A DNA stretch of 64,000 nt from Epithemia pelagica (GCA_946965045.2 OX337237.1:3038001-3102000), one strand, 5' to 3'; counted from the stretch's first letter, positions 41,040-54,599 are shown. Notes: generated by a model not told the origin, from the letters alone. Translations and numbers: made by a program.

Positions 41040-41220
41040 GTTGACCGTGGGACTTACTCCATTCCTGGAAAATGAGGATGCCGGATGGAACGAATTCCAT
41101 AGTTCTACACCAGTGATGAACGACCGACGTTCTGTTCCAGATCCAACGTAATCCTCTAGGTAGAGTAACTTTCACAATAAACCCGGCCTTTTCCTACAAC
41201 TAGCTAGACGTGCAATACCT
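41040..41220 (+). repeat. Orphan copy of the conserved non-coding module found upstream of GT61 copies
   Basis: ATGCCGGATGGAACGA(A/G)TTCCATAGTTCTACAC.AGTGATGAA.GACCGAC also occurs at ~48763 (+) and ~57130-57185 (-). Confidence 0.75.
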
Positions 41221-41770
41221 ATAGAGTACATGGCACATGATTCTTCAGAAACAAACGAATCCAGATAGATATACCGTACGGGAAGACCCGTGAGACTCAC
41301 CTTCTCGCTGTCTCTGGCAAGTAGCTACTCTTGCTCACAAAATTGGCCAAAAACTCAGGTCCACAATTCCACAACAACTTGACAACTCACAAAATTGGCC
41401 ATTTAGAACCGGTAAGACATTATTTCAATACTGTCCAAGGTATCTAAAGTAGATATTGACTACCTAGCTAGTATGTAGATTGGGACATAACATGTGGACA
41501 AAAAAACAGAAACTCCCCTGGACAATTTTGTGAGCTCACAATGGGCTCACAAACTTATCCTCCCTCTCCACCCGAAGGTTGTTTTTCTCTATAGTAACAA
41601 TACTCAACTAGAAGAAAAAAAACAGGTGCCATTGTTCCAATCCAAAGTAGATCTTTCTACCAACAAAGAGAAAAGAAAGAGAGACACGAGGACAACGAGG
41701 AGCGGTGTGGAGTGAGCTCGAGAAGCACAACACAGTCTTTCCAAGAAAAAGGAGAAGAAGCAGAACAAGC

Positions 41771-41890
41771 ATGTTGGTCGAACCGTCGGCTCGAATGGCC
41801 GCCACGGCCATAACGAAAACGACGATATCCGCGGCTGCTGCGTCTCCCTCCAATCAGAAGAACAGCAGCAGCACCAACAACACCAACACC

Positions 41891-41933
<43 letters not shown>

Positions 41934-44900
41934 CTGTTTCGTGGTTGGCCTGGCGAGTGTTGGATGTCGTCGTGTGGGGCACGTTTGTGACGGTGGCCGT
42001 CACGTCATGGATGCGTCATGTGGCCACACAGTATTGGGAACCCCAATTGCGGGCCGCCTGGTGGACGGAAGATCGACAAATTGACGAATCCACCTATTAT
42101 CCCCGTTCCTGTACGGCCGACGAAATCTCGACGCAAGATCCTGCCGACTTGTTCTTGCCGCCGCCCCTGCCGACAACGACTGGCCGTTCCATGGATCCTC
42201 ATGGCTCCTATTATCATCATCAATTGCAACATGGCTTTAGTATGGTTCGATCGACACTCTCCGAAAATACCATGCGAGACTTGCGCAGTCATGTGCTACA
42301 ACGCAATCAAGAGATTGGCAAAACCTACTCTGTCTTGAAAAATGAACATCGGTACAGTTTTGGATTGGATACGACCGTACCCATTGTCGCACAAGCCGTC
42401 ATGGAATTGACCAATCACCCTCAATTAACGTACGTATAGAGAGTGTCGAGTGTTGTGTCGTGTCGTGTTGTGTTGTGGAATCTGTGCGCAAGGGGTGATG
42501 TCGTCCTTGTCTGGAGAGAGCGCCGAGAATGGGTCGTTGGGGATTCTGTTTTGCGTGACGACAATGACAAAAGACTCTCACTGTAACTTGGCTCTGTCTG
42601 GTTTTCCTTCTTGTGCTTGCTTGGTACTGGTCTGGTGTATGGTTGTGTGGTGGTTGTGCGCCTGTCTTTCTTTGTTGGTTTTCTCGTTTCTCGATTCTAT
42701 GTTTCGTTCTTTTGTAGGGAATTGGTGCGTCAAGTCATGGGACCGGATCCTGCCCTGGTGGAATTGACGGCCATTACGGCCACATACGGTGCCACGGATC
42801 AACATTATCACAAAGATGTCCATCCCGCGACCTCCGCCTTGCAATATGGACGATCCTTTGATCCCTTGTGGAGTATTTTTGTCCAATTGCAAAATACGAC
42901 CGCCGCCATGGGTGCCACGGGCGTTTGTCCTGGCTTGCACTATTGCAGTCGCGGCTATCATAAAAGCCTGTGCGAAACACACGGCTATCAAATGGTGGAT
43001 CCCACGACCGGCTATTGGCGTGCCGGCGATGCCTTGCTCATGAGTATGAATTCCTTTCATCGCGGACCGGCCCACAACGATCCCAACGGAGTGGATCGGG
43101 TCATGCTGATCTTGACCTTCACACCGCAACCTCGACACGATCACCCCGAATCGCGACAAATTTCCCAAGGCTCCACTATGTGCCTTCGACATGATTCGTG
43201 GGTGGGTAGTATTGGATTGGTTGGTTCGACTTGGACTCTCTCTCTCGCCCTGACCCCCCTGTGTTTTGATGTCCGTCCATTTTGGTTTGTTCTACTTTTA
43301 TGACAGGGCCATACGTGGAAGGATTTGCAACAGGCGTCCACCTATATGCAATTTCCTTGGAATTGGTTGCGTTCCTACGGTTTGTACAATGCCAAACTCA
43401 ACAAGGCTGAGTGGGGCTACGATTATTTGGCCAATTTGGCCTTTCGCATCACCAACGATGGCAATTTTTACGATGCCGATTATTTGGAGGAAAGGCAAGA
43501 AGAAGGCAAACTCTTGCCCTTTGTACCCCAATGGTTGCATCCCAAACACTTGACGGAAGAGGAATTGGACCATGAATTGGCCTGGATGATTTACTTTCAA
43601 GCCACACTGAATCGAGTCCATCAGTTTACCTCCTTGTGCGCTGCCAGTGCCATGGTCCTTTATGTCCTGGTCTATACGCTATTGGGAGGAAGTGGCACCA
43701 GAGCCAATAACAACAAGAAACGGACGCGTGGATGGCAACGCGGCACTCTTCAGGTCAGTGTCATGGCCGTGGTGGTCTATTTCGGTTGGTTGGCGGCGCG
43801 TCACCATGTGGATGGTACCTTGTGGGCCCGCAACATTCGCCAACATCGCTTGTACACATCCGTCTTGAACAATGAGGCGAACTTTACCGATATTGTCAGC
43901 AAGGGTTGGTCGACTTTTCCCACACGCTCCGATGTCTTGCTCGAGTATCGACTGGGCGGATCGCATTATTTGGGCATTGTCAAGGATTTGATTGACCAGG
44001 GACATTATGGCAATCGTCAGTTGAATAGACTCGTGGAAGCTTTTGTTGTCCACGACCGTGGAGTGCAGCACAACCCTTCGGCCATGGTCTGGATGGCACG
44101 CGACGCTGTGGCGAATTGGATGTATCAGACACTGCGTCATGGACAAGACACGGGAGAACCCGCACGATTTTTGCAACAAGGACGGGGTGGCCGATGGATG
44201 CTCCAGAGTCACACACAATCCTTGGAGTTTGTGTCGCATCGACTTGTGAGTCGTGCCGTGTATCCCATTTTGCATCGGTTGATGCGCGAAACGATGGAAC
44301 CCTTGTTGTCGGAATGGCGGTTTGGCATTTATCGCACCACGGCCCTGGCCTATCGCCATGCGGTGCCCACCTTGTTGCAACTGCAAGAACGGCTCTGGAC
44401 GACCGCCCTGGAAACCGCGGATCAAGCCTCGACGCAACATCTCGTCACCAAACCATCGGTATTAGTGTCGGCCAAATCGCCGTCAAAATCGTCGGCATCC
44501 CTGGCTCGTCCAGTGCCGGATCTGTTGCAGGCAACCCCCGATGGTTCAGCCTTGGATAAAACGTGGGAAGAAACCTTGGCGTCGTCCCAGAAAACCACCT
44601 GGACAGTTGGACAACGGCGGTTTGTCATGCCCATGCTTCCGGAACAAGAGGAGATTGCATTGGACCGTCGTCGTCATGCCATATCCCCCTCTCCAGTTTC
44701 CATGGTGGCTCGCATGTCCAACCCCTTCCAAACACCCATTCGAGAACCGTCGAGAAATGCCTGGTTGGTCGCTGGTTCGCTGGCCCAAGTGCGACAAGGC
44801 AAGTATTGGTACATGGGGGTCGTTACCGATGCCTATACCGATGCCTATTACCGCATGGACGTGCAAAACGATTTTGAGGAATACGAAGTGGGCCAGGTGC

Positions 44901-45208
44901 AGCGCTTTGTTCCACACTCCTTGGTGGGACAAACCATTCAAGTGCGGATTGAAAATGACGAGCAGCAAGAGGAGTGGGAGTTTGAAGATTGTGTCGTGAT
45001 TGCTGCCCACTTTGATCGCACTCATCCAGACACGAAGCAGTACTTTTACCGTCCAGGAACATGGTTGTACACTGTAGAATTTGAAGATGGGGAGGTGTTG
45101 GACAAGGTTCACTTGAGTGACGTTCGACTTCTCGTTTCGGCGGAAGAGAAGCATGCCGCGAGTCAAACTCCTCCCGTCCAAGAACGAGCTCCGGCGTACA
45201 GTAAATAA
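41771..45208 (+). CDS. PhyH-like 2OG/Fe(II) dioxygenase-domain membrane protein, 3 exons (41771-42429, 42718-43201, 43307-45208)
   Basis: Introns GTACGT...TTTTGTAG (42430-42717, phase 2) and GTGGGT...TGACAG (43202-43306, phase 0) keep frame; QHYHKD, LQNTTAAMGATGVCPG, GDALLM..FHRGPAH, DRVMLILTF; poly-Asn at ~41890-41931. Confidence 0.78.
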
Positions 45209-45547
45209 TAAGAATGATCTCCAGTGGTTGTGTATCTCAACCAGAAACACACCAAGCGAGAGTGTGTGTGATGGTGGGATTGCTCAAACGAAGTAGTAGT
45301 TGTTGAAGTATAAAGTAGTCCATAATAGGATGCAGAACCATGTGTGTGTCGCGTATAGAGCGAGCCATTCCGTCAACCACTATCGCGTTAGACCTCAGAG
45401 ACGACCCATTTGACCGACCGATGTCCCAGCAGGCCAAGTCGGAGAGTCAAACACCATCTATAGAGGAGAGGAAAAGTTTTTGCATTGGGAGAGTCAGGAA
45501 ATCTTCGAGCGCAATAATCAATACTAGTAATGGCTTGTCATTTATCC

Positions 45548-45835
45548 ATGGTTGTCACCTTGAGACGTTTGCCTCAGCAACAGAATCAAGCATTAGACGA
45601 CGGAAATGAGGAAGATTCGACAATCACTTCCAAGAGAAATTCCACGAGAAGAAAAAGACGATCACGCATTGATTTTTCCAGCAATGATTATTTGGGCTTG
45701 GCACACAGTGAAGGACAATATCATGCGGTCCAAGCCCGATATAAGCAAGCAGTGGCAAATTTACAACAGGACGACAATCTAGCTGGTACAGCACCTTCCT
45801 TAACGGGTTCCACTGGATCTCGTAGGCGTTCCAAG
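45548..45835 (+). pseudogene. bioF: 5' fragment of 8-amino-7-oxononanoate synthase
   Basis: TLRRL...IDFSSNDYLGLAH...GSTGSR, typical of BioF N-termini, then an abrupt switch to the GT61 upstream module and a stop. Confidence 0.75.
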
Positions 45836-46219
45836 CAGGCACTCGATGCACCATGAATATGCTCTCTTGAACGACGAATGCGAAAAAATGAGTTTAGGAA
45901 TGATAGACGACGGGCTCATCCCGACGGTCGACTGGCGGAGCACAAGTATTATTGGCGACGTAAACAGTATAGTCGCGAACCGGGAGGGTCGTCGAACTCG
46001 CGAAGAATCTGCTTCTGAACCGTTTTCAGCCCGGCTGATTCTTGTAGATGACGAGCTAGGAGTACAATAGCTTTATGGGTCACGAGTTCCCAATGCTGCA
46101 ATAGCATGGCTAGTATGGGTCGCGGGTTCCCAACCAGAAAGCAAACGTACTTACTCCTACTGGGTCATGGGTGTGCCTCCCCCACACCGAAAAAACAGCC
46201 CAAGCAAAACGAGACCACC

Positions 46220-48076
46220 ATGACGAGGAGCCGGTCTCATTCTCGCTCCACGACGAATTCTACGAATGCTTCAACAACAACAACAACGAGAAGATGTTTC
46301 ATCTGGTAGAGCCTCGTGAGCGGCACACTTTTGGTCGCATTGGCGGGAAACTTTTTCCTGTCACTTCAATACCTGTTGCAACTCTCCTCGGCATGGACCA
46401 ATCGAGACGAAGTGCACCTCCTATTAGGCGAGGCATCTGGATTGTTTGGGAGGGAGAACGACACCAACTTTAGCAGCACCACCAACCACAACAGCAACTC
46501 GGAGCTACGGCAAGGCTTCCAGGAGCAACCTGGTAATAGTACAAGCGCAGTGTCGCTACCAGAGGCACTAATTCTACCAAAACCACAGCCACAGCAAGTA
46601 ACAACAACGCCCACCATGATTACCTTGTGGTGTTTTTTGGACCAGAGTTCCACGTATAATTTCTTTCATTTTCCTCATGCCTTGCAATTCTTGAGTCAAT
46701 GCTGGAGTTTCTTCCAGTCCAAGCAACAAGAGATTCTTCAAAGCAAGAACAATACCAACAGCACGGCTGCGTCTCCACCACTGGATTTTCAGTGTCGTGT
46801 CAATCTGGATCACTTGGCTGGGTCTGGCTCCATTGACCAGGATTGGCGAGCCGCCTTGGTGGTGAATCTCATGCAGTGTACCTATTCCTATGGAGCCTTT
46901 GATTACTCGGACATTGCCTCTCGAAATCAAGTCCTGCCATGGTCGTTGCCCTTCACCAACCATGATGATGCACCACAAATGAACGAGACGGCTGTCCCAC
47001 GAAACCTCAAACGAAAAACGCGTCGTCCCTTGCCTGCCAACAATGCCAGTCACGTGCACTACTTTTGTCGACCGGAGCGGCATCATGTGTTTCAGTACTT
47101 TTCGCATCCCAGTCATGTACTGGAATTGCAGAATCGATTGCAGCAAAAGCTGCTCCACCAACAACTCAACGACTCTACCACCACCACTCGTGTCGAGATT
47201 CAGAGTCCCATCAACAGCAAAAACGATGACAACAATCGCAGCAATGGTACACTTGCTTCCATCTCTCAGAGTCCAGTCACGACAGCAAATAATGATAATA
47301 CTGGTGATGCAACGCCAAATACACTCCGGATTGGATTGGTGGATCGATTGTCGAAACGTCGACTGGGCAACATTGACTTGTTGGAACAAGCCATTCCAAA
47401 GGCGTATCCACATGCTATTGTGGAACGAGGGATTATGGAACGTCTCTCCCCCTTGCAACAATTTGCCTGGTGGTCTCGACAATCCATTGTTCTCCTGGTC
47501 CATGGTGCCGCCGCGTCCAATCTCCTGTTTCTCCCGCCGAATACTAGTGCCGTGATTGAACTGTATCCCGCTCATTATTATTGGTGGGGAGTTTGGCACT
47601 TGGCTCAGTCCGCCCAAGTTTGGTATTATGCCTATTTTCCCATTTGGACCGTGCATGATTCGAACCTACGGAATTCCACCACCACCAGCCAGCAGCAGCT
47701 AGAAAGGGAACAAGAGTCTCCCCAATGGCGATTATTGAAAGATTATGGCAAACATTGTGCCTCGTTTGGGAAGCGGACTCAAGTGCGGGACATTCCAACC
47801 ATTGAACCATCCATCCCTCATGTCATGGTACTCCTTCGACGAGCCGTCACGGACCGAGAAAACGAAATTCGTCGTCAACAACAACAACAACAAGAACAAC
47901 AACAGGGAGGCAACAACCATAGTCATTCCGTGGTGTCGTCATCATATGTACCACAAATCGCTCGCATGGACGTGGGATGTGGAGACGCGCGCAATCCTCG
48001 TGCGTCTTTGAAACGAGTGGAGGTACATGTGGATGACGATCCGCCACCGTCGTTCTTTACCGACTATTCTGGGTAG
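46220..48076 (+). pseudogene. GT61/DUF563-like copy with nonsense codon before the membrane anchor
   Basis: ATG 46220 (MTRSRSH...) is in frame with ORF 46316. TAG at 46307-46309 stands where paralogues have AAG (W-K-S-L). The rest of the frame is open. Confidence 0.75.
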
Positions 48077-49226
48077 CTCTACAAACGAACAACAAGAGAA
48101 GAAGGAAAAAATAGGAAGAAAAGAAAGCCGAGGTCTCTCGAAGCAATGGAGCCTACATGTAACAAAGAGACAATCTATTACTTGTAGAGCACATCACACA
48201 ATATGGGTGGATGCTGTTTCGGAAAAAAGGATACAAGATCTAAAAAACGTGCGCTGTCGGTCCTACTCGAGCGGTCAACGCTTTCGGAGGTCGAAATGTA
48301 GAACCAAAAACTGACACAAAGAGCAAAGGTTCGAATGCTAGTATCCCCAACGAAACATCGATTGCTTAGCTCTATACTCCTAGTTGCATTCGACGATAGT
48401 TCCACTAAAAATGAAAAACACGGCCAACAAAAAAGGAGAAACACTGTACTTGAAACGTTATATTAGGGTCGTGGCTTCTCAAGGTGGATGCCGACAATGT
48501 ATTTTCCTGGACCGGACCGACCTATAGGAGCTCTTTTGTTGTACTACCCTTTTGTGGGTCCCCATGTTTGCGTTCCAACAGGCACCACACCATCCTCCAT
48601 ATAGCTAGAGAGAGCGAGACTTGGAAAACGATTCGTACAGAGATTCTTTTGAAAAAGGGATTCGGTTCGGTCGTCGTCAGAGTATGTGTACAGGAAAAAT
48701 GACACTCTACAAAGAATGGGGATCCCTGATTGTTTTGTGCTGGCCGTGGAGCAAAATGGGAATGCCGGATGGAACGAGTTCCATAGTTCTACACGAGTGA
48801 TGAAAGACCGACTTTCTGTCCCAGACCCAACGTAACCCCTACCTAGAGTAACTTGACAAACAAAAGCCGGGCCTTTTTCGAGCTAGACTTGCAATGTATA
48901 TGCATTTCGAGCAGGCACTCGATGCATCAGCATACTCTCTATACTCTCTTGAACAAAGAATCGAAAATCTATGTGCTCTCTTGAACAAAGAATATCGAAA
49001 AAACAACGAGTATGTAGATTATCAAATATACATCAGAGGCCCGTTTCGTTTTGCATTAGTCTTCCGGAATCAACCTAATCTATCAGAAGGGGACACAGCT
49101 AGGTTGTATGGGTCACGGATTCCCAACCAGAAAGCGACATACTCCTATTACGTAGGGTCATGATGGAAAGGGGGTGTGCGTCCCCCAAACTCTCCCTCAA
49201 TTTCCAAACGATAAAAAACGACCACC

Positions 49227-50234
49227 ATGAGGAGGAGCCGGTCTCATCCTCTCTCCTCGACGAATCATACGAATGCAACAACAACAATAACAACAAGAGG
49301 CTTCTTATGGAAGAGCCTCCTGGGTAGCACACTTTTGGTGGCATTGGCAGGAAACGTGTTCCTGTCACGTCAATACCTGTTTCAACTCTCAACCTCGTCC
49401 TCTTCCCTGGCATGGACCAGTCTAGACGAAGTTCACCTCCTAGCCGAGGCATCTGGATTATTGGGGATCGGAAACGACAATATCAGCAGCACCACTAACA
49501 ACAACCCGAAGCCACTCAAACGTTCCCTGGAACAACCTAATAGTACACGAGCACTGTCACAACCAGAACCTCCACGACAAATGCAAGAGCCACCACTGCC
49601 AAACCAAGCAACAACAACGCCCACCATTATTACCTTGTGGTGTTTTCTGGACAAGAGTTCCACTTTTGTTTTCTTTCATTTTCCCCATGCCTTGCAATCC
49701 TTGAGTCAATGCTGGAGTTTCTTCCAGTCCAAGCAACAAGAAATTCTTCAAAGCAAGAACAACCACCCGGCTGATTCTCCTCAAAAACTGGAGTTTCAAT
49801 GTCATATCAATCTTTATCAAAGTTCTGGGTTTGGCTCCGTGGACCAGGATTGGCGAGCCGCCTTGGTAGTGGATCTCATGCAATGTACCCATTCCTACGG
49901 AGCCTTTGATTACTCGGACATTGCCTCTCGAAATCAAGTCCTGCCATGGTCGTTGTCTTCCACACAAATCAATGACAACCACACGACGGTCCCACCTACA
50001 CAACAAAAGGGTCCTCGTCCCTTGCCCGCCAACAATGCCAGCCACATTCACTACTTTTTTCGACAGGATCTCCAAGAATGGAATTTTTTCAGGTACTTTT
50101 CTCATCCCAGTCATGTACTGGAATTGCAAAAACGATTGCAGCAACAGCTCATCTACTCCAACACCACCACTCGTCCGGGGTTGCAAGACAAGAACACAGA
50201 GAGCCTTCCAAACAACCGCAGCATCATCATCATC

Positions 50235-50266
<32 letters not shown>

Positions 50267-51062
50267 CCGTACTGGTAACGTGCATCGTGCCCGTAACGAC
50301 ACGCCGAATACACTTCGGATTGGATTGGTGGATCGATTGTCGAAACGTCGACTGGGCAACATTGACTTGTTGGAACAAGCCATTGTCAAGGCGTATCCAC
50401 ATGCTATCGTAGAACGAGGGATTATGGAACGCCTCTCCCCTTTGCAACAATTTGCCTGGTGGTCTCGACAATCCATTGTCATTCTGGTCCATGGTGCCAC
50501 CGCGTCCAATCTCCTGTTTCTACAACCAAATATCAGTGCCGTGATTGAACTCTATCCGGCTCATTATTATTGGTGGGGATTTTGGCACTTGGCTCAGTCC
50601 GCCCACGTTCGGTATTATGCCTATTTTCCCATTTGGACCGAACAACGGAACCACAGTCAGTTCCAATGGGAACCGCACATGTCCTCCGAATTGCGCTTAT
50701 TGGATGATTATGACAAACACTGTTTGTCGATCGTTCGGCGGAACCGAGCGCGGGACGTGAAAACCATGAAACCATCCATTCCTCATGTCATGGTACTCCT
50801 TCGACGAGCCGTCACGGACCGACAAGAGGAAATTCGTCGTCAACAACAACAACAAGAACGACCAGAACAAGAACAACGACAACAGGGAGACAACAACCAT
50901 ACCCAGCACTCCGTGGTGTCCTCGTCGTATGTGCCCGAAATTGCTCGCATGGACGTGACATGTGTACAGGCTCGCTATGCGCGTGCGTTTTTGAAACGGG
51001 TGGAGGTACATGTGGATGACGAACCGCCACCGTCCTTTCTTGCCAACTATTCTTCTGGGTAG
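49227..51062 (+). CDS. GT61/DUF563-like glycosyltransferase
   Basis: Anchor LLVALAGNVFLS; FHFPHALQ; LRIGLVDR; VHGATASNLLFL..VIELYPAHYY; DDEPP tail; poly-Asn. Confidence 0.82.
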
Positions 51063-52169
51063 TTCTACACAAAAAAGGCAGAGTCTCGAAGCACTGTAGT
51101 GTACAAGGAGAAACAGGGACGCTCGACCAATAGAAGAGCACCACCACATACCAGAAGGGTCGATCCTGGGCAGTCCTGTCGTTCCTGTTCTGTCTCGGCT
51201 GTAGTGGATCCTGAGTATTAGCCATTGTTGTGGCAGGTCCTGGATGTGCGTTTCTGCTTTTTGTCGGAGCACCCTCAAAAGATTCGAAGAACAATCATCT
51301 TGTATCCAGTTTTTTACAAACGTGCGCTGTCGGTCCTATTGTACTCGAGCGCTCGACGCGATCCGAACGATGGAACGAAATGCGGTGGGGATCCAGGTTC
51401 CGAATCCTCTCTTCTTCTCCCCAACAGCGCCATCCATTTCTTGGCTCTCTCTATGACTCCTAGGTAATAGTTGTCGTGGACGATCGTTCCACGAACCATA
51501 GAAGTCACATGGCCAATAAAACAAGGAACAACACTGTACTTTCTATACGTTCCTACTAGACTCTCGTTGCTTCTCCAGGTTGGCTGTAGTTCCCTTTCGG
51601 CTCGTTTGTTACAGTCGTAGTACCCTCTAGGTCCCCATTCCTCTATCCTAGAGAAAGTAGTAGTAGTAGCAGCAGTCGATTGTACTCCTAGCTACCCTCT
51701 GGAATCCATTCTTATTTCTGTTGCTACTCCTAGCTCCTCTAGTATACATTATACTCCCCTAATAATACTCCTATCAACTCTATATTCTTGTAGAGATACA
51801 AGTACTCTCGTAGCTTGCCGAGTCCACCCAGGAATGACGATCCTGCTTGGGCATCACGCACACCCAACCAAGATCTCCCTACGTGGCAATACTAGTACGA
51901 ATACAGCCCGAAAAGGCGAACTACGCCTTTCGCACTTCTTTCCTTCATTTCCTTTTGCGTGTTGCGACACAACAAGGCAACAATAAACAATACACACACA
52001 ACACAACAAACAGAGTTTCGAAGGCAACAACAAGAACAACAACAACAACAACCAACGGAGAGACCGACCACAAAACAAACAAGAACCACATCAACGAAGC
52101 AAGGCGGCAAACGACAGACACCAGAAAGCAAGCAAGAAAGCAAAAGAAAGCAGCAAGAGCACCATCAGG

Positions 52170-54116
52170 ATGAGCCGGTCCCCCCATCGAACGAGCACCA
52201 ACCACAACCACAACCACAACCAGACGAAACCACCCCCTCGTTATCACCAACCACAATGTCTCGTTTCGTTTGTCGTCATTTTCGCAGCCTCCTTTGCCAA
52301 TGTGTACTTGTCGCGTCACTTTTTTTGGCACCTGTCCTCTGTGGCCTGGAACAGTCCCGAAGCACAAGTGGCGGAATCCCTCGGCTTTTTGCAAGCACCA
52401 CCACCATGGACCAACACCTCCTCCTTGTTGGAATCCTCCTCCCAGCAGCCACAACAACAACCACAAGAGGAGCAGTTGTCACCCATTCCAGGGTCGGCTT
52501 CTTCCACCCAACGAGTCACCACAGCAACCGCAACCGCAACAGCCGACGCTGCCGTGGAACCAGCCGCAGTTGTCGCAACAACAGAACCACACCCCAATGT
52601 CGTTTCGACCCGGCAACCACCAGAGCATTTGCCGTATCCTCCTCCGCATCCGCAGAGTACTACCACTAGTACTACTCCTCCTCGTCGTATTACCTTGTGG
52701 TGTTTTTTGGACAAGACCAATACCTTTTTCTTTTCCCATTTTCCCCATGCCGTCCAGGCCCTCAGTCAATGTTGGAGCTTTTTTCAAACGCAGCACGCCA
52801 AGATTCGACACGCATCCAACCATACTCCTCCCACGGTTGTGGACTGCAAGATTCATTCTCGCCTGGCGGGGTTGGGACCGATGGACCAAGATTGGCGTGC
52901 CGCCTTGATTACGGAAATTCTGCAGTGTTCCATGGATACGACCCGTTTCAATACAACGTACTTGCCGGCCGACAATGTCGTGCGGTCGTTTGATCGGGAG
53001 GAGCTGCCTACAGTGACCCAAAAGGGCCTGCGGAAATTGCCCTTCAATACGGCGACTCGTACACACTATCTGTTTCGACCCGACGCCAAGGATTCGGTCA
53101 ATCACACCTTTTTTTGGCACCCGGAACATGCCCAAGTCTTGCGCGATCGACTCTATCAAACGGACTGGTATCGACAGAATGTGACACAACAACAAGAAGA
53201 ACCGACCGCAACCACCACAACACCATTCGTCAAGGAGAAACAACCGGATGCATCATCAGCGCCACCAGTCCTTCGGATTGGCTTGGTCAATCGCGTCAAG
53301 AATCGTCGAGTGGGCAATTTGGATCAAATTGAACGCATCCTTCACCACCTCTATCCCGAGGCGGTGGTGAGTCGAGCCTACATGGAAGACTTGACCCCGC
53401 GACAACAATTTGTCTGGTGGTCGCAACAATCCCTGGTCGTGTCGCCCCATGGTGCCGCCTCGGCCAATCTCTTGTTTCTCCAGGCCGGATCGGGCCTGCT
53501 CGAGATTTTTCCACCCCATTATTACGAATTTGGCTTTTGGGCCCTGTCCAAAACAACAAGGGTGCGCTTTTATGGCTACTTTCCCATCATGACCAACCAT
53601 AGTTATGTATCCACCCTTCACAACAGGACCAAGAACAAGAAGAAGAAGAAGACGAAATCAAACACTCGGCTGTCGAAACAAGATCAATTGGTCCACGACA
53701 TGTACGAAGAATTCAAACACAATTGTATTCGACGACGATTGGATGACCGTCATCGCACCCTCGTCACAATGTATCCCTCCCTTCCCCATGTCACGGTCCT
53801 GTTGAAGCGGGCCGTGACGGATTGGTACCACTATCAGAATCATCATCCAACCACAACGACAACGACAAGGACTGACAGCAGCACCAACCACAATGTGTCA
53901 TTGTCATCCTTCTCCAATGAGTATCGCTATGTTCCCCAAATTTCACACATGGTGTCGTGGTGTCGATCGGCTCAACCCATTCCGGCCCATACCATTGTGC
54001 ATCAGTTTGATGACGACCCACCGGAATCCCTCCGACAAGAAGTGGCGGGCATTGTGTCATTGTCGTCGTCCTCCGAAACCGCAAACGGTGGAATGGCGGT
54101 TGGGGATATTCCATAA
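52170..54116 (+). CDS. GT61/DUF563-like glycosyltransferase
   Basis: Anchor LVSFVVIFAASFANVYLS; Pro/Thr stem; SHFPHAVQ; LRIGLVNR; PHGAASANLLFL..LLEIFPPHYY; DDDPP. Confidence 0.82.
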   Translation: MSRSPHRTSTNHNHNHNQTKPPPRYHQPQCLVSFVVIFAASFANVYLSRHFFWHLSSVAWNSPEAQVAESLGFLQAPPPWTNTSSLLESSSQQPQQQPQEEQLSPIPGSASSTQRVTTATATATADAAVEPAAVVATTEPHPNVVSTRQPPEHLPYPPPHPQSTTTSTTPPRRITLWCFLDKTNTFFFSHFPHAVQALSQCWSFFQTQHAKIRHASNHTPPTVVDCKIHSRLAGLGPMDQDWRAALITEILQCSMDTTRFNTTYLPADNVVRSFDREELPTVTQKGLRKLPFNTATRTHYLFRPDAKDSVNHTFFWHPEHAQVLRDRLYQTDWYRQNVTQQQEEPTATTTTPFVKEKQPDASSAPPVLRIGLVNRVKNRRVGNLDQIERILHHLYPEAVVSRAYMEDLTPRQQFVWWSQQSLVVSPHGAASANLLFLQAGSGLLEIFPPHYYEFGFWALSKTTRVRFYGYFPIMTNHSYVSTLHNRTKNKKKKKTKSNTRLSKQDQLVHDMYEEFKHNCIRRRLDDRHRTLVTMYPSLPHVTVLLKRAVTDWYHYQNHHPTTTTTTRTDSSTNHNVSLSSFSNEYRYVPQISHMVSWCRSAQPIPAHTIVHQFDDDPPESLRQEVAGIVSLSSSSETANGGMAVGDIP

Positions 54117-54599
54117 ACGAAAACAAAACACTCTCTTGGCTGACAACGATCACACAGTGTCCCAGAATTGGCGCCACCCTCCACGGCGATAAATACATTT
54201 ATACCATTCGATAACAGCGCAACACCACAGACACACAACCGAATGATCCTCCTCGTTCTTTCTTCTTGCTGTGTCATTAGTATCAGGATCCTTATGAGTC
54301 AGGGAACCTCCTCCATGGTGGCTGTACATACACATGATGCTATCTGCGGGTAATACTAGATGGATCCAAAATATGGTGTTTCCCACTTTCGGACAACAAC
54401 AACAACAACCCAAACACCCGAATCCCTCGTTCCAAAGAGAGAGAGTCTCTGGTACGAATCGTCCCCCCAACACTCTCTCTCTAGTGTGTTACCTGTGGGG
54501 CCACTGCAACCATGCGCCAAAGGATATACTACTACTACAACAACAAACGAGCCGAAATAAGGGAACTGCAGTCTCGGCACCAATCTGGAGAGTCGAGGA

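Noticed and set aside
51344-51355. 12-bp palindrome TCGAGCGCTCGA (also in the inverted arm)
   Set aside because: It is present twice only because of the segmental duplication and is degenerate in the third copy; no evidence of function.
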